Assembly (NCBI RefSeq): GCF_001194135.2
Contig: NC_069002.1
Location: forward strand, 8,413,059-8,467,096
Origin: Octopus bimaculoides
Taxonomy: Eukaryota
Length of the DNA stretch: 54,038 nucleotides
Direction: 5' to 3'
Made by a program: the position numbers and the translations under genes. A model generated the notes under the pieces. It was not told the DNA's origin. It worked only from the letters and a program-made list of their open reading frames with translations, and did no database searches. Shown here piece after piece: positions 1 to 12,905 of the stretch. The stretch's first letter is position 1. Each line of letters opens with the position of its first letter.

Positions 1-669
1 TATATATACATACACATATATGTTAGAAAATGCCATTATTTTTATTATAATATTACGTTATCCAAATGATTTGCAAGTAAGTTCTATTATTTTATCCTCG
101 AACGTTTGTTTGTTATTGTTTCGTTGTTTGTTGATGTTTCTTTGTTTCGTGTCTTCATTTTTGTTTGTTTTGTTCCATGTTGCAGAAACATATTCAGCCG
201 ACGATATTAGTAGAATACCTGAACTCTGAAGATATTTCAATAATTTGATAATATATGCTTCAATTGTAGACATTACACCAAAACTAATCATCTAGGTTTT
301 CTTGGAATGGATCCAACCATTATATTGAATATAACCATTTGAACATTTATCAATGGCACCACGTTTAAAAATAAAAATAAAAATATAATATAACGGTTCT
401 CTATGCAAAAGTTTCCACAGCGTATAGAAAAACTATTGAGAAATGCAGAGGAGAGAATGTCGAAGGTATTGGATAGCTATTGTGGTAATATATAAATGGA
501 ATTCAAATGGAACAATTGAATTTCTGGAGTAATGCAAGAATTCAATAATAGGAAATAAGCGGGTATTGATATAAAGAAACAAGTGTGTGTGTGCATGCGT
601 AAGTGTCCGTAAGGGGGTGGGCTTATCTGTGCATGTGCGTGTGTGCTCTATTCAAAATCACATGCCAGT

Positions 670-990
670 AGCTGGCAGTCTGTCGGTGATAACGACGAGG
701 ATTCCAGTTGATCTGATCAACGAAACAGCCTACTCGTGAAATTAACTTTCAAGTGGCTGAGTGCTCCATAGAAAATAGGTGTGCCCTTAATGCATTTTTT
801 AAAGAGATTCACCGTGACACATAGAATGTGACAAAGCTGGCACTTTGAATTAAAAGTACAAATCATTTTTGCTAACTGTATCGATTGGAGCAACGTGATG
901 TAAAGTTACTTGCTCAAGGACAGAACGCAACACCAGGAATCGAACATACGGCCTTACTACCGTGAGCCGTGAACTATCACCACTAGTAAT
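670..990 (-). mobile_element. tRNA-headed SINE, family C, tail type 1
   Basis: Minus strand reads degenerate tRNA head (..TAGTGG..GTTCGATTCC), central CTTGAGCAAG(T)AAC block, then tail ending CTCGTCGTTATCACCGAC; colinear with 43000-43298. Confidence 0.8.
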
Positions 991-1157
991 AGTTTCTCAG
1001 AGGCTGAAGGTTTGAGAGTGAGGAATATCCTTTTCGACAGAGATTTCAATATGGTACGCTGTAATCATTTCAATAATTTCATCACTCTACATAAAAGGTA
1101 TACAACAGGATTTGGACCTCTGAAAATATTCGCATACAACAAGATATATTGAAAGAG

Positions 1158-1172
1158 ACCACCACCACCAAC

Positions 1173-1204
<32 letters not shown>

Positions 1205-1213
1205 CACCACCAG

Positions 1214-1257
<44 letters not shown>
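1158..1257. repeat. (ACC)n/(ACT)n compound microsatellite
   Basis: Direct reading; explains the poly-T and poly-S ORFs at 1065-1397. Confidence 0.97.
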
Positions 1258-1258
<1 letters not shown>

Positions 1259-2040
1259 GCCTTACCATAGCAGAACCAATAAGCAGTTGTTAGAATTAAA
1301 TGCGCTTATTGTACGCAGTATTACTAAATTCCTGTCACGATGTAGTAATAAATCACTAACGTCTTCCAGTGCAGACTTGTATTTCGTAAAGTGGTAAGTA
1401 CTAAGCATAATATCAATTAATAAATCAGTGACAACTGAACAGATGGTATGTAAATACTTGCATTAGGTTACAACTGTTTCAGCTGCATGGAATGAGCACC
1501 CAAATTTGATTGCCGGTGCGACATCATATAGATTCAGCTGAACCATAACGTAAAATTATTCGTTATTGAGGAAGGCATTTAAAATATAGTTATACACATA
1601 TTTACACACATACAATAAAGTTATTTTGACAGAAACATAAATTACCAGTTTTAAGTATACAGCATCATGTTTTACATTTCTCCGATTAGTTATGATGCAA
1701 GGACTTCTGGTACATCATATACATCATCTTTGTTACCTATGTCTATATATACATACATACATACATATACAGATACATATATATATATACATACATACAT
1801 AAACACATACATATATATATATATGTGTGTGTGTGTTTGTGTATGTATGTGTGTAAGTATGTATACATGTATGTATGTATGGATATGTTTGCACATGTAT
1901 ACATATGTATTTGTGCATGTCTTTAGTAACTTGTGTGATCATATACATGTGCATGACAATATATTTGCATGCTGCTTGCTGATTGCATGCCTCTATGTAT
2001 TGTAAGGTTTCGGAATATGCATCTCTAAGTCACACGATTG

Positions 2041-2115
2041 CGTTTGTGTCTTTATATATACGTGTCTTTATATATCTCGTTTGTGTCTTTATATATCTCG
2101 TGTCTTTATACATAC
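2041..2115. repeat. Short minisatellite, GTGTCTTTATATAT-based unit, about 4 copies
   Basis: GTGTCTTTATA recurs four times in tandem. Confidence 0.85.
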
Positions 2116-2879
2116 GTATGTGCATTCGAAAGAAAGTGAGAAATATTTTCTTTTTATATTAACAATATATAGCCGCAGAAAAAGTTAGATTATTTCCAAT
2201 CCCTCTCTCTCTCTCTCTCTTGCATGACACGATCTAACCAAAGTGAGGAATTGCGCACAATTCACTGTGTGAACGATCGACGAATAAAATGTGCTTTGAC
2301 TAGCCTGAGGGTAGGATCAGTGAGTTCTTCATTCAGCCTGAATAAATATATATTTAAATTACTTTGCACATTGCGTTTAGTTACCTGTTTATTTTGCTGT
2401 TTTTGCTAAAGCTCATTATTATTATGTATATATATATATATCGCTGTCTTTACGTACGTTTCCCTGAGTCTGTGTGTACGGTCGCGTGTCTATGTTAGAA
2501 TAACATTTTCTGTGGACAGATAATCAGAAGTTTGAGCACGATAGACCGAAGAGATTTGCTAAGTAACAAAGAAAGGCAAGTAAAACCTTATGAAAGGATG
2601 GAGCCAAATCTGGAATCATAGCAAGTGTGGTAGGTACGTGTGTGGACACAAATCTTTTAATGTAAAGTTTAGGTATGTCTTAAGTTCATTTAATGCTGGC
2701 GAGGAGACAAGAATCTCGTATCTGGCGAGTTGCTCTTCCTTTAAGTGTGAAGAAAAACAGGGAGAAATGTTAGTTAGAGGCAAAATAATTTATTCTCCTT
2801 TTCTCTCCTACAAGTGATTGACAAAAATTCGAAACGTAGGATTTCTTGGGGTACAAATACAAAGTTGAGCTGAATAGTT

Positions 2880-2918
2880 GATACTGCTGCTGCTGATGCT
2901 GCTGATGTTGATGCTAAC

Positions 2919-2949
<31 letters not shown>

Positions 2950-3260
2950 GTGGTGATGGGGTGTAGATGGAGATGATTATGATTATGATGATAGTGGGGT
3001 TGGGGATGGCTGTCGTGCCGGTGGTGATGATGGTAATCATTATGATGTAGGTGGCGTTGATGGTGGTGATGACGATGATGATGATGTCGATAATTATCAT
3101 TATCTTCATGGTGGTGGTTGTGTTGTTGGTGGTTGTGATGGTTGTGGTAATGGTGACAGTCATTGTGATGATGTTGATGATGATGATGATGATGATGATG
3201 AACACATACGACGAGACCGCTGCTGCTAATGATGACGACGACGGCGATGATGATGTCTTT
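2880..3260. repeat. Degenerate (GAT/GGT/GCT)n trinucleotide tract
   Basis: Direct reading; source of the low-complexity ORFs at 2774-3263. Confidence 0.95.
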
Positions 3261-3653
3261 TGATTCCCAAAACTTTCGTTCCGGGTCTAGTCAAATCGAT
3301 ATCAAAACCATCGTAACGCACATTGTAATGGAGCTAATATTTCAGATTTAAAAAACGAAATAATAAAACAGTGTGACTTTCGGCTGAAACCCCGCTTGTT
3401 CACGATTCCGTTTGAAGTCAATTTTGCTTGGTTGAAATCGACGAAACGATGTTAAATAAATTTTGACTTTCCAACCAGTTTTGTAACTCTATTCTAACTT
3501 AGGCAGAAAGACCATAGAGAATAATTCTAGCATGTAACTTCGGTATCTTAATGTAACAGTAAATACATTCTGTTGCTTTTGTCATACAACCCCAGGTAAA
3601 TTTTCTTTGATATCTATGATCAAAACTATTCTAGCCATGATGATGAAGGCCTA

Positions 3654-4100
3654 GGTACAGGCATGGCTCTGTGGCTGGAAAGCTCTCTAGCAATGGTGTG
3701 ATTTCGGATGCAGTTCCACTGCGCGGAATCTTGAGCAAGTATCTTGTAGTGTAGCCGTGGACTGATCAATAATTTCATGCGAGTGAATTTGAACTATGGA
3801 AACTGTGGTGAAGCCAGTCGTATATTTGTGTGTTCGTATTTACGCCCGTGTGTGTATGTGTGTGTGAGTCTGTGTGAGTCTGTGTTTAAATCGTCTTCGC
3901 CCCCAGCAACATCTGACCACCGGTGTTGGTGTGTTTACGTCCCCATAACTCAATGATTCGGAAAAACATACTGATCGGACATGTTCCAAATATTTCATTT
4001 TAAAATACAATTCTGGTATCGGTTTCTTCGATCAAGACCCTCCAAGATGGTGCCCCAGGGTGGCCGCAGTTCAATGACTGGAAACACGTATAAAATAATA
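3654..4100 (+). mobile_element. tRNA-headed SINE, family B, full-length diverged copy with internal (TG)n
   Basis: GGTACAGGCATGGCT head, CTTGAGCAAGTATCTT, GGAAACTG, GTGTTTACGTCCCC, GGTGCCCCAG-GGCCGCAGT-AATGACTG tail; colinear with 41721-42110. Confidence 0.85.
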
Positions 4101-4671
4101 GACAAAAAATGAAACGTACAAAATCCCTTCGCGTAAAGACATCTACGTCTGCATACACTATTTAATGTTTTCTATTTTACAATGAATAGAAGGGTTACAT
4201 CTGAGAGCGATATAGCTGCAATTTCTAGCTTGTTGATTAGTGAAGGACTCTCTTATTTCATAGTAAAGTAACTAGGTGTAAAAAAAAACAGTAAATAAAT
4301 AAATGTAAATCAGTTGGTGGTTTCTGCTCTGTTGAGTGTTTTATATATTTAACCAAACAGGCTAGATAATAATAACATACGAAACATCGTACTTTGAAGT
4401 CTTTCTTTCGACATCCTCCCCTTTGACTATCATATGGAAATGTAGAAAGCAGCGATAGGAACCAGTAAGTTAACATAAGGTTGTATGTTCCACATCACAG
4501 ACGAATCGACTGTGACTTCAATAATAATTTTATTCTGTTATTCCATTTATATTCAAACCACACACATAATTCTACAGCCAAATGAAAGAAACCAAAAAAA
4601 AACAACAAAAAACTAACCCAATATGTATAATATTCGAAGGAATGGTTGGATATAAAAGGGATAATTCCAGA

Positions 4672-4672
4672 G

Positions 4673-4704
<32 letters not shown>

Positions 4705-4823
4705 TCTGTTGTTATTCCTATTGTTGTTACTATTTATTGTTCCTGTTGTCGCTGTTCATTAATATATATTATTTTTGTTGTTATTATTATTGCGCCTGGT
4801 GTGATCTTATCATCATCATCATT

Positions 4824-4858
<35 letters not shown>

Positions 4859-4870
4859 TATTATTATTAC

Positions 4871-4905
<35 letters not shown>
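4672..4905. repeat. (ATT)n-(CAT)n-(ATT)n compound microsatellite
   Basis: Direct reading. Confidence 0.97.
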
Positions 4906-4906
<1 letters not shown>

Positions 4907-5225
4907 GGCGGCGAACCGGCAGAAACGTTAGTTCGCCGGGTGAAATGCTTAGCGGTATTTCGTCTCTCTTTTACGTTCTGAGATCAAATCCCGCCGATGT
5001 TAATTACGGTCTGAGTTCAATTTCCACATAGGTCGACTTTTTTGCCTTTCATCGTTCTGGATTGATTAAAGACGTAGCATTTGCGCACTGCTATCGACCT
5101 AATCGACTTATTNNNNNNNNNNAGCATTTGCGCACTGCTATCGACCTAATCGACTTATTACTCCCCCCCCCCAAGATCTCAGTCAAGATGTCTATAGTGA
5201 AAAGGATTATAATCATTATTACTCA
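4907..5225 (+). mobile_element. tRNA-headed SINE, family A, spans a 10-N gap
   Basis: GGCGGCGAACCGGCAGAAACGTTAG head, B-box-like GAGTTCAATTTCC, GTCGACTT..GCCTTTCATC core, (ATT)-like tail. Confidence 0.9.
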
Positions 5226-5701
5226 ACCTTTGATAGTTTCAAATAAATTTCTATTGCATCATCTGATACGCATTCGTGTTGCTGGGGCGTGTACGGCATT
5301 GTGCTCTAATTTGTTTTCGGGGAAGTGCAAACTCATTTCTGTATTGTATTGTGTCAGTTTATTTTTCTTATCGGATCCGATATAGTTTTTTTTGTTGTAT
5401 TAGCGATTGTATTGTGTATTGTCTGTGTAATGCGTTGGGTAACTGGATTGCTGGTAGTTGTTTATTTTATTGGATACTTACGGTATAGAGTCTGTCTTGT
5501 GTTTGTGGATATTTTGTTTGGGTTGTATCATTGAATTGATAGTGTCTTGCGTAGGATGTGGGCCGTTCCTATCAGGGCTGTTTTTTTGATGGTTTGTAGC
5601 GTTGAAGTTCCAGGAATAGCTTCTATGATTTAGTTCATATGCTTTTTTATAATGTCTAATGCTTTGATTTTTATCATGCCCAATGCGACAATTATTACTG
5701 T
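5226..5701 (-). mobile_element. 5'-truncated R4/Dong-clade (RLE-type) non-LTR retrotransposon: ORF C-terminus plus 3' UTR
   Basis: Manual minus-strand translation of 5701-5528: TVIIVALGMIKIKALDIIKKHMN*IIEAIPGTSTLQTIKKTALIGTAHILRKTLSIQ*. This matches the (V/I)GALG..IQK..L.GTA.ILRK.L C-terminal signature of R4/Dong elements; one internal stop. Confidence 0.8.
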
Positions 5702-6949
5702 GTTGTTGTTGTTGATATTGTTGTTTTTGTTATATCACTTTAACGCGGTGTCCCAACATAGTCGCAGTCGAATGACTGAAGGATGTAAGCAAGACAAATG
5801 ATAAAAAGATAAATATGTATTAGGTATGGCGATGCTATATCTACTTTCAGTTTGGTTTCGTTGTAACAGCTTATAAAAATGTATTATCACACCAGCTTGT
5901 TACATAGAAAACAACTGAGCTGTTCAGAGACGAAGACGTTAATGATTCTGTTTTGAACTGGAAACAGTTAATTTATAGAGAACGAAGTTATCGTTTTGAT
6001 TCCAATCATAGACTAGGTTTCAGTTTCTAATATGTTAGGTTCTCTTTCAGAGCTAGAAGTTCTGATTTTGTGCTTAAGAAGACACACATTCACTTGCATA
6101 ACCACCCAGAAACAGACGCACAAGCACACATCATCACACAAAAGCACAACACACAGCGAAACACACGGAAACAAACATACATATGTTCAAGGATGTGAAT
6201 AAACCTAATATGAATTAGGTTTATTCGTATTCCTAAACATGCGCACATTGCTTCAGCTGGATAAGTTTCATTAGGGAATAATTTTTCACTGATGATCATT
6301 AACGAGTACACGCTTTATTGAAACACCGTGGCTATGGTGTAAGAATATGAAGAAATTTAATTCTAAATACCGTTTTAACATTGATTTGTTTCTTAGTTGT
6401 AGATAGTTATATTCTGCAGAAGATTGACGCCATCTCTCTCTCACGCTCTCTCTCTCCCCCCCTCTCTCTCTCTCTTGTTTTGTTTCCCATATTTATATGT
6501 ATGTATGTATGAGTGTGCGCTAAACATGGAAAAAGATATTTATATAAAATTCTAATACCATTTACAATATAATAAGTTATAAAACTCTTCATCCAATAAC
6601 AATCATAATACTCCGTAAGACATCCTGTCTCGTCTCGCTACTTCGCTACAGCGATTCGGCTGCAATATGTGCTCTTTAGCATTGGCTGGTCTCATGCTGT
6701 CTCTAATCAGGCGCCCTCAACTCAATCGTTTCTTCTCCCATATTGTATCCACCTTCTACTACGTGATGCAGGCATGGCTAACTACTACGAGGAGTACTTT
6801 CCCCGGAATTCCCGTATTTTTCTTCCTCTTTTTATTCTAGCGATCACTATTTTTTTTCAGGCTCATAAGGCCGGTTGCTCGTTGCTCGTGTAAATGAACA
6901 AATCTATATCATCCCTCTTGAAATTGTCACTGATCCACTGAAGAATTCA

Positions 6950-7070
6950 AGGCTATTCACGTTTGAGGGGAAGGGACAAATTGATTACATCAATCCCAGT
7001 AGTCACTTTTATATCATCGACCCCAAGGGGTTCAAAGGCAAAGTTGACCTTGGTGTAACTTGAATCATTA
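6950..7070 (-). mobile_element. SINE family A fragment
   Basis: GATTACATCAATCCCAGT..ATCGACCCCAAGG..AAAGGCAAAGTTGACCT is the reverse complement of the family A core. Confidence 0.8.
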
Positions 7071-7166
7071 AGATAAGAGCTTGAAAGAATGCCACAAGGC
7101 ATTTTCTTACGTCTGGTAACGATTCTGTCAGCTTACCGCTTTAGCAGTCCATATTAACCGATTTAA

Positions 7167-7352
7167 GCTGGTGAGCTGGCAGAATCCTTAGCACGCCAGG
7201 CAAAATATTTAGCTACCAGTTCTGGGTTCAAATTCTGCTGAGGTCGATTTTGCCCTTTTATCCTTTTGGTGGTCGATAAACGCTGGAATCGATATAATCG
7301 ATCAGTCTCCTCCCTTAAATCTTCAGGCCTTGAACCTTTAGTAGAAAAAATA
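7167..7352 (+). mobile_element. SINE family A, tail type 1
   Basis: GGTGAGCTGGCAGAATCCTTAGCACGCC head, GGGTTCAAATTC B box, GGCCTTG..AGTAGAAA tail. Confidence 0.88.
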
Positions 7353-8257
7353 TTTACCGCACCAATTTCGCTTGTCTCAGAGAGTCTGTGATGGACAGCC
7401 CCTTTTGCAAAACCAAACCAATAAAATGAAAACTATAATGTACCTGACATTACATGCACATTTCACAACTAAACGGTTCAGCAATAGAGGACGATATGTT
7501 CACGAAAACATAAGTACCAGGAGCGATTTGTTTGACTAAAAATCTTCCAGGTTATGCTCCAGCATGGCCGCAGTCAAAGGATTGAGACAAATAAAAAAAG
7601 ATAAATATGCAAAGCGCAAGTTGATAGTCTGATAAGCGAACGCAATTCGAAACCTTTCATACAGAGCTTTCCACATTTTGATAATTATACTAATGCAAAG
7701 TGTTATTTGTTCACCTCGATTTTATTGATTTGATTAATATTAAATATATTCTAAATATATAGATTAATGAAACGAAAGTAAAATCAACTTGAACGAAACG
7801 AAGCAAATGCTGATCAATATAAATGTAAATCAATGGTCATTCAGTAAAGAGATTGTTATATTGTTCTTATTGTTGCTGTTGTTAGTGTTATTATTGTTTG
7901 TCATTAGATAACATTCCATGTCTGCTAAAATCTAGAGAAATAACAAATCATTACTCACTAATTGTTGTCATTAGAGGTGATTCAATTAGTAGATTCATTA
8001 TCTAAAACAGAAACATTGTTAATGAAATGAATATAAAATTGCTATTGTGGATGTCTTTGGTGTTGTTTTCTTGTTCTTTTGTTCTGTTGTTCTTTCAGTT
8101 GCGTGTTGCGATGTGTTGCGGTTTGTGAGTGTTTTACTACATTTGTTTTCTTGTTAAGTTTACATTTTATGTTCTGTGTCTTTTTGACGTGGAACGGAAA
8201 GCTGAGTAAACGCTGTGGAAGCCATCTAACAACGAACGGAACACGGCATCGACATGA

Positions 8258-8890
<633 letters not shown>

Positions 8891-10519
8891 GATATCATAA
8901 GAGCGGTGGACTGGCAGACGGTTTGGCGCAGCGAATCCTGTCTTCGGTATTTTCGTATCCTTTTCTTTTTTTTTTGCTCCTTACGTTGCGAGTTCGAAAG
9001 CCACAGAGTCCAATTTCACCTTACACCTCCTCGTAGCCCTGAGCTCTACAAAATGAAGTTCACGTTAAATATTGAATCTTTGATATTAGCCACTTCTTCC
9101 CGTTTCAAATATTGCTACCACTGTGCTTTCGTTATAAACCATTATTCCTCTTACAACTTCGCTACAAATGATAACAGTGATTTCATTAATTAATTAATTA
9201 TTATTAGTTGGAAAGAAACCACAGAAATATTGTTTAGTTGAAAATTGATAATTATATCTTCAGACGGTGATACAATAATAATAATTCCATAAAGTGTTGG
9301 GAAAATTTTAAAGTGCTTAATGAATATATTATACTTATAGTTCGTATTTTGTCCTACATGTAAATATAAGTGAACATAAACATAAATGCATATATACATG
9401 CATGTATGTATACGTATATACATAATGCATACATGCATACATACATTCATGCATGCATACATACATACATATATGCATACATACATACATACATCTGAAG
9501 AACCCGGAAAAAGACAATATCTTAACCAGCGCCGTGGTGTCGTTCGTAGGCTAAAACGAGGTAAAGTGCATTGTGGCCAATGATGTGTAACATCTCATAA
9601 TCAGATCGGTCATGTGAACACGTTAGAAATATGTATGTATATGAGTATAGATGTATATATGAACGTATGTATGTCTATCGCGAAGTTTAAGACGTTTTCG
9701 CACGAATAAACTTTTATTCAAAAACAAATTGCTCTGAAACATAATATTTGAGAGCATTATCATAAGTAGAAGTAAGAAAATATTAACATTTTTAACAAAA
9801 TGTGGAACGTGTTCCGATCTCTTTAAAATTACATTGTTGTCACGCTGAAACAAAAGGAAAAATAAATCGAAATGAATTAAGTTCAAATAATTGTCCGTGA
9901 TATCAGTTCTTGAAGTTGACATGTATTTTTTTACAAAGAACACATGGTGTTGTTGCTTCGGTGCCTCCAATTTGTTGCTAATTTTTGGTGGTAATAGCAG
10001 CAGCAGTACATCAGCAGCACATCAGCAGCAGCAGTGGCTCTCAACAGAAGATACGAAAAATGTACACATCTAATTCGAGACGTAACTTGCGGCGATATAA
10101 AGTACATCTTCAGCAAGGAACATCATTTCTTTCACTAACGACATTTACTCCTTACGGAGACATCGGTTTCGAACTACAATTCTCGGTCTTAAACCTATGG
10201 TCGCTTGACAACCAGCATTGCATCTGACCACTTCACTGCACCGTCTCACTTACAATTGACCGTCCCGTCAAGTTAGTCACGTATAAATTGTTGCTTCACT
10301 AGAGATCTGGCCATGAAAAGAAACAATATGATTACCCATTATAATTTCACATTCCAGACTGCATTATATTTATTTCTTGCTATACACACGTTTCAATCTA
10401 ACGACGTGCTGCTCTGCAGACATATTATTCATCACTCGACGTTTCGCAATCATCTGAGAAACTTTATTTAACTTGCAGCAAATTAACAATGATTCAGACG
10501 TGGCAACAAAAACATGTTA

Positions 10520-10556
10520 TCATTATAATCGTAATTATTATCAATCTTCTCCTTCC

Positions 10557-10640
<84 letters not shown>

Positions 10641-10716
10641 TATTACTATTAGTGCTATTATTATTATTATTATTGTTATTATTATTATTACTATTTTAAT
10701 TTTTATCACTATTACA

Positions 10717-10769
<53 letters not shown>

Positions 10770-10855
10770 CCTCATTCTTATAACTATCATCGTCATCAAC
10801 ATCATCATCATCATCGTCATCATCATAATCATTATTATCATCGTCAACATTGTTA

Positions 10856-10903
<48 letters not shown>

Positions 10904-10935
10904 GTATAATAATAATTATTATTATTATCATTATG
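10520..10935. repeat. (CTT)n-(ATT)n-(CAT)n compound array
   Basis: Direct reading. Confidence 0.97.
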
Positions 10936-11054
10936 CAGACGTTGTTCACTTATATGTAAACTAGTTTATATTCACACTGCCAGACAACCTATTAAGTAAA
11001 TTAATCATGGGTGGAATACTATTAAGAATACAAATAAATACAAGCAAAACCATA

Positions 11055-11077
11055 CACACACGCGCACACACACACAC

Positions 11078-11146
<69 letters not shown>

Positions 11147-11281
11147 TAGACACACACACTTGCAAAAGAAATAACACACAAATGCTCATAGAGAGACGCT
11201 CAGAATAGAAACAAAAGATTTAGTTTTAACATTCGTCTTCATATTCATATCTACTCTCTGCCTCCCCCTGTCTCGCATTCC

Positions 11282-11318
<37 letters not shown>

Positions 11319-11523
11319 GTACACAAAGAGCCACGCATATACGCATACATGAATGCATACACATATATATAGGATGTGTGTGCGTCTGTTTCTCTTACCT
11401 TCTATAAGTGTGTGTGTGTGATTATGTGAGCGTGCGTGTGTCAAGACGCATTTTTGTGAACAGGCATGAACACGCGCGCGCGTGTATACATATATGTGTA
11501 CATACATGTATATATATTTATGT

Positions 11524-11581
<58 letters not shown>

Positions 11582-11800
11582 NNNNNNNNNNNNNNNNNNN
11601 NNNNNNNNNNNNNNNNNNNNNNNNNNNNNNNNNNNNNNNNNNNNNNNNNNNNNNNNNNNNNNNNNNNNNNNNNNNNNNNNNNNNNNNNNNNNNNNNNNNN
11701 NNNNNNNNNNNNNNNNNNNNNNNNNNNNNNNNNNNNNNNNNNNNNNNNNNNNNNNNNNNNNNNNNNNNNNNNNNNNNNNNNNNNNNNNNNNNNNNNNNNN

Positions 11801-11835
<35 letters not shown>
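11055..11835. repeat. (CA)n, (CT)n and (TA)n microsatellite cluster with N-gap 11582-11800
   Basis: Direct reading. Confidence 0.95.
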
Positions 11836-11836
<1 letters not shown>

Positions 11837-12254
11837 TATACATACATATGTGTATATTCGGTAATATGTAAGATATGCGCGTATACATACTGGCATGCAT
11901 ATATCGTTTGTGTGTTTGTATGGTTATGTATGCGTCAGGATTTCATTATATGAATTCTTGCTAAGCAGAAGATATTGCTTTCTAAGAAAACAATGAAGAT
12001 CCATATTGGAATTGAAATTTTGATTACTAAAACAGGATGTGCTAAGCCTTGCGCATTTTTTCTCTTTTTCTTTTCCAGATTGTATTTATAAAGTGTGTGT
12101 TATTCGGTCACTTCTGTCTATTGAAAATCCTAGCTTTTGTAAATGGTCACTCTGACATTTTGATAGAAAATAGCAAAGTAAATGGCATTAATAATTATTG
12201 GTTTCAAATTTTAGTACAAGGTCCACAATTTTCATGGAATGGAACTAATTTATT

Positions 12255-12420
12255 TCGTCGAACCCCAATGCTCAAACGCTAGTTATTCTATCAGCTCCGA
12301 TAGCATGATAGCCACTATCGACCGCGATAGAATTTCAGCACAAAGCGTAACGTAAAAACGGACGAAATACCGCTACGCATTTTGCCAGCCTGCTAATGAC
12401 TGTGCCAATCAGCTATCTTA
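12255..12420 (-). mobile_element. SINE family A, diverged
   Basis: ACGGACGAAATACCGCTACGCATTTTGCC..GCTAATGACTGTGCCA is the reverse complement of the family A head. Confidence 0.8.
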
Positions 12421-12454
12421 ATTGCTCTAGTATTTATGGTTTTTAAATTTTGTC

Positions 12455-12605
12455 ACATGGCCACCGATTTCGAATGAGGTAGGATTACGATAAATTCGAC
12501 ACAGGTGCTTAACTGGTACGTATTTTATCGACTCCGAAAGCATGAAAGTCGACATCCGCGGAATTCGAACTCAGAGCGCAAATGCGTAGAAAATACCGCT
12601 AACCA
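12455..12605 (-). mobile_element. SINE family A, diverged
   Basis: CTGGTAC-TATTTTATCGACTCCGAAAG-ATGAAAGTCGAC..GGAATTCGAACTCAGA..AATACCGCTAA. Confidence 0.85.
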
Positions 12606-12865
12606 CGTTAAGCGAAGTAATAATTATTGGCATACATAAATTCTAATGAAAGAGGAAGCAGTTTCAGTTCCCAATGCAGTGGTCCATAAATATTCTTCTC
12701 TCTCGTTTTGAAGCAGACGTTCAGATCTGCAGTACGGCTCACCTCTCTGACTGGGCAATATTCATATTTTTTCTGTTCTACACAATTTTACCTGGACTTT
12801 AGTGTTTGCACATGGCGAAAGTCTTGATGGAAATGTTACTCTAATGCTCTTTGATTATATATATG

Positions 12866-12899
<34 letters not shown>

Positions 12900-12905
<6 letters not shown>

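Noticed and set aside
77-260. GTAAGT..(GTTT)n..TGCAG intron-like segment and short downstream frames
   Set aside because: The pyrimidine tract is a degenerate microsatellite and neither spliced peptide is recognisable.
1475-1488. GTTTCAGCTGCATG shared with about 13064-13077 (Rbfox-like TGCATG)
   Set aside because: Several 14-mer matches are expected by chance in 54 kb, and TGCATG is common in TG/CA-rich DNA.
2518-2566. Frame NQKFEHDRPKRFA with a KR dibasic site (neuropeptide-like)
   Set aside because: Too short, weak splice signals and no signal peptide or repeated peptide units.
5076-5159. 37-bp perfect direct repeat
   Set aside because: The copies sit immediately either side of a 10-N gap, so this is most likely overlapping contig ends rather than biology.
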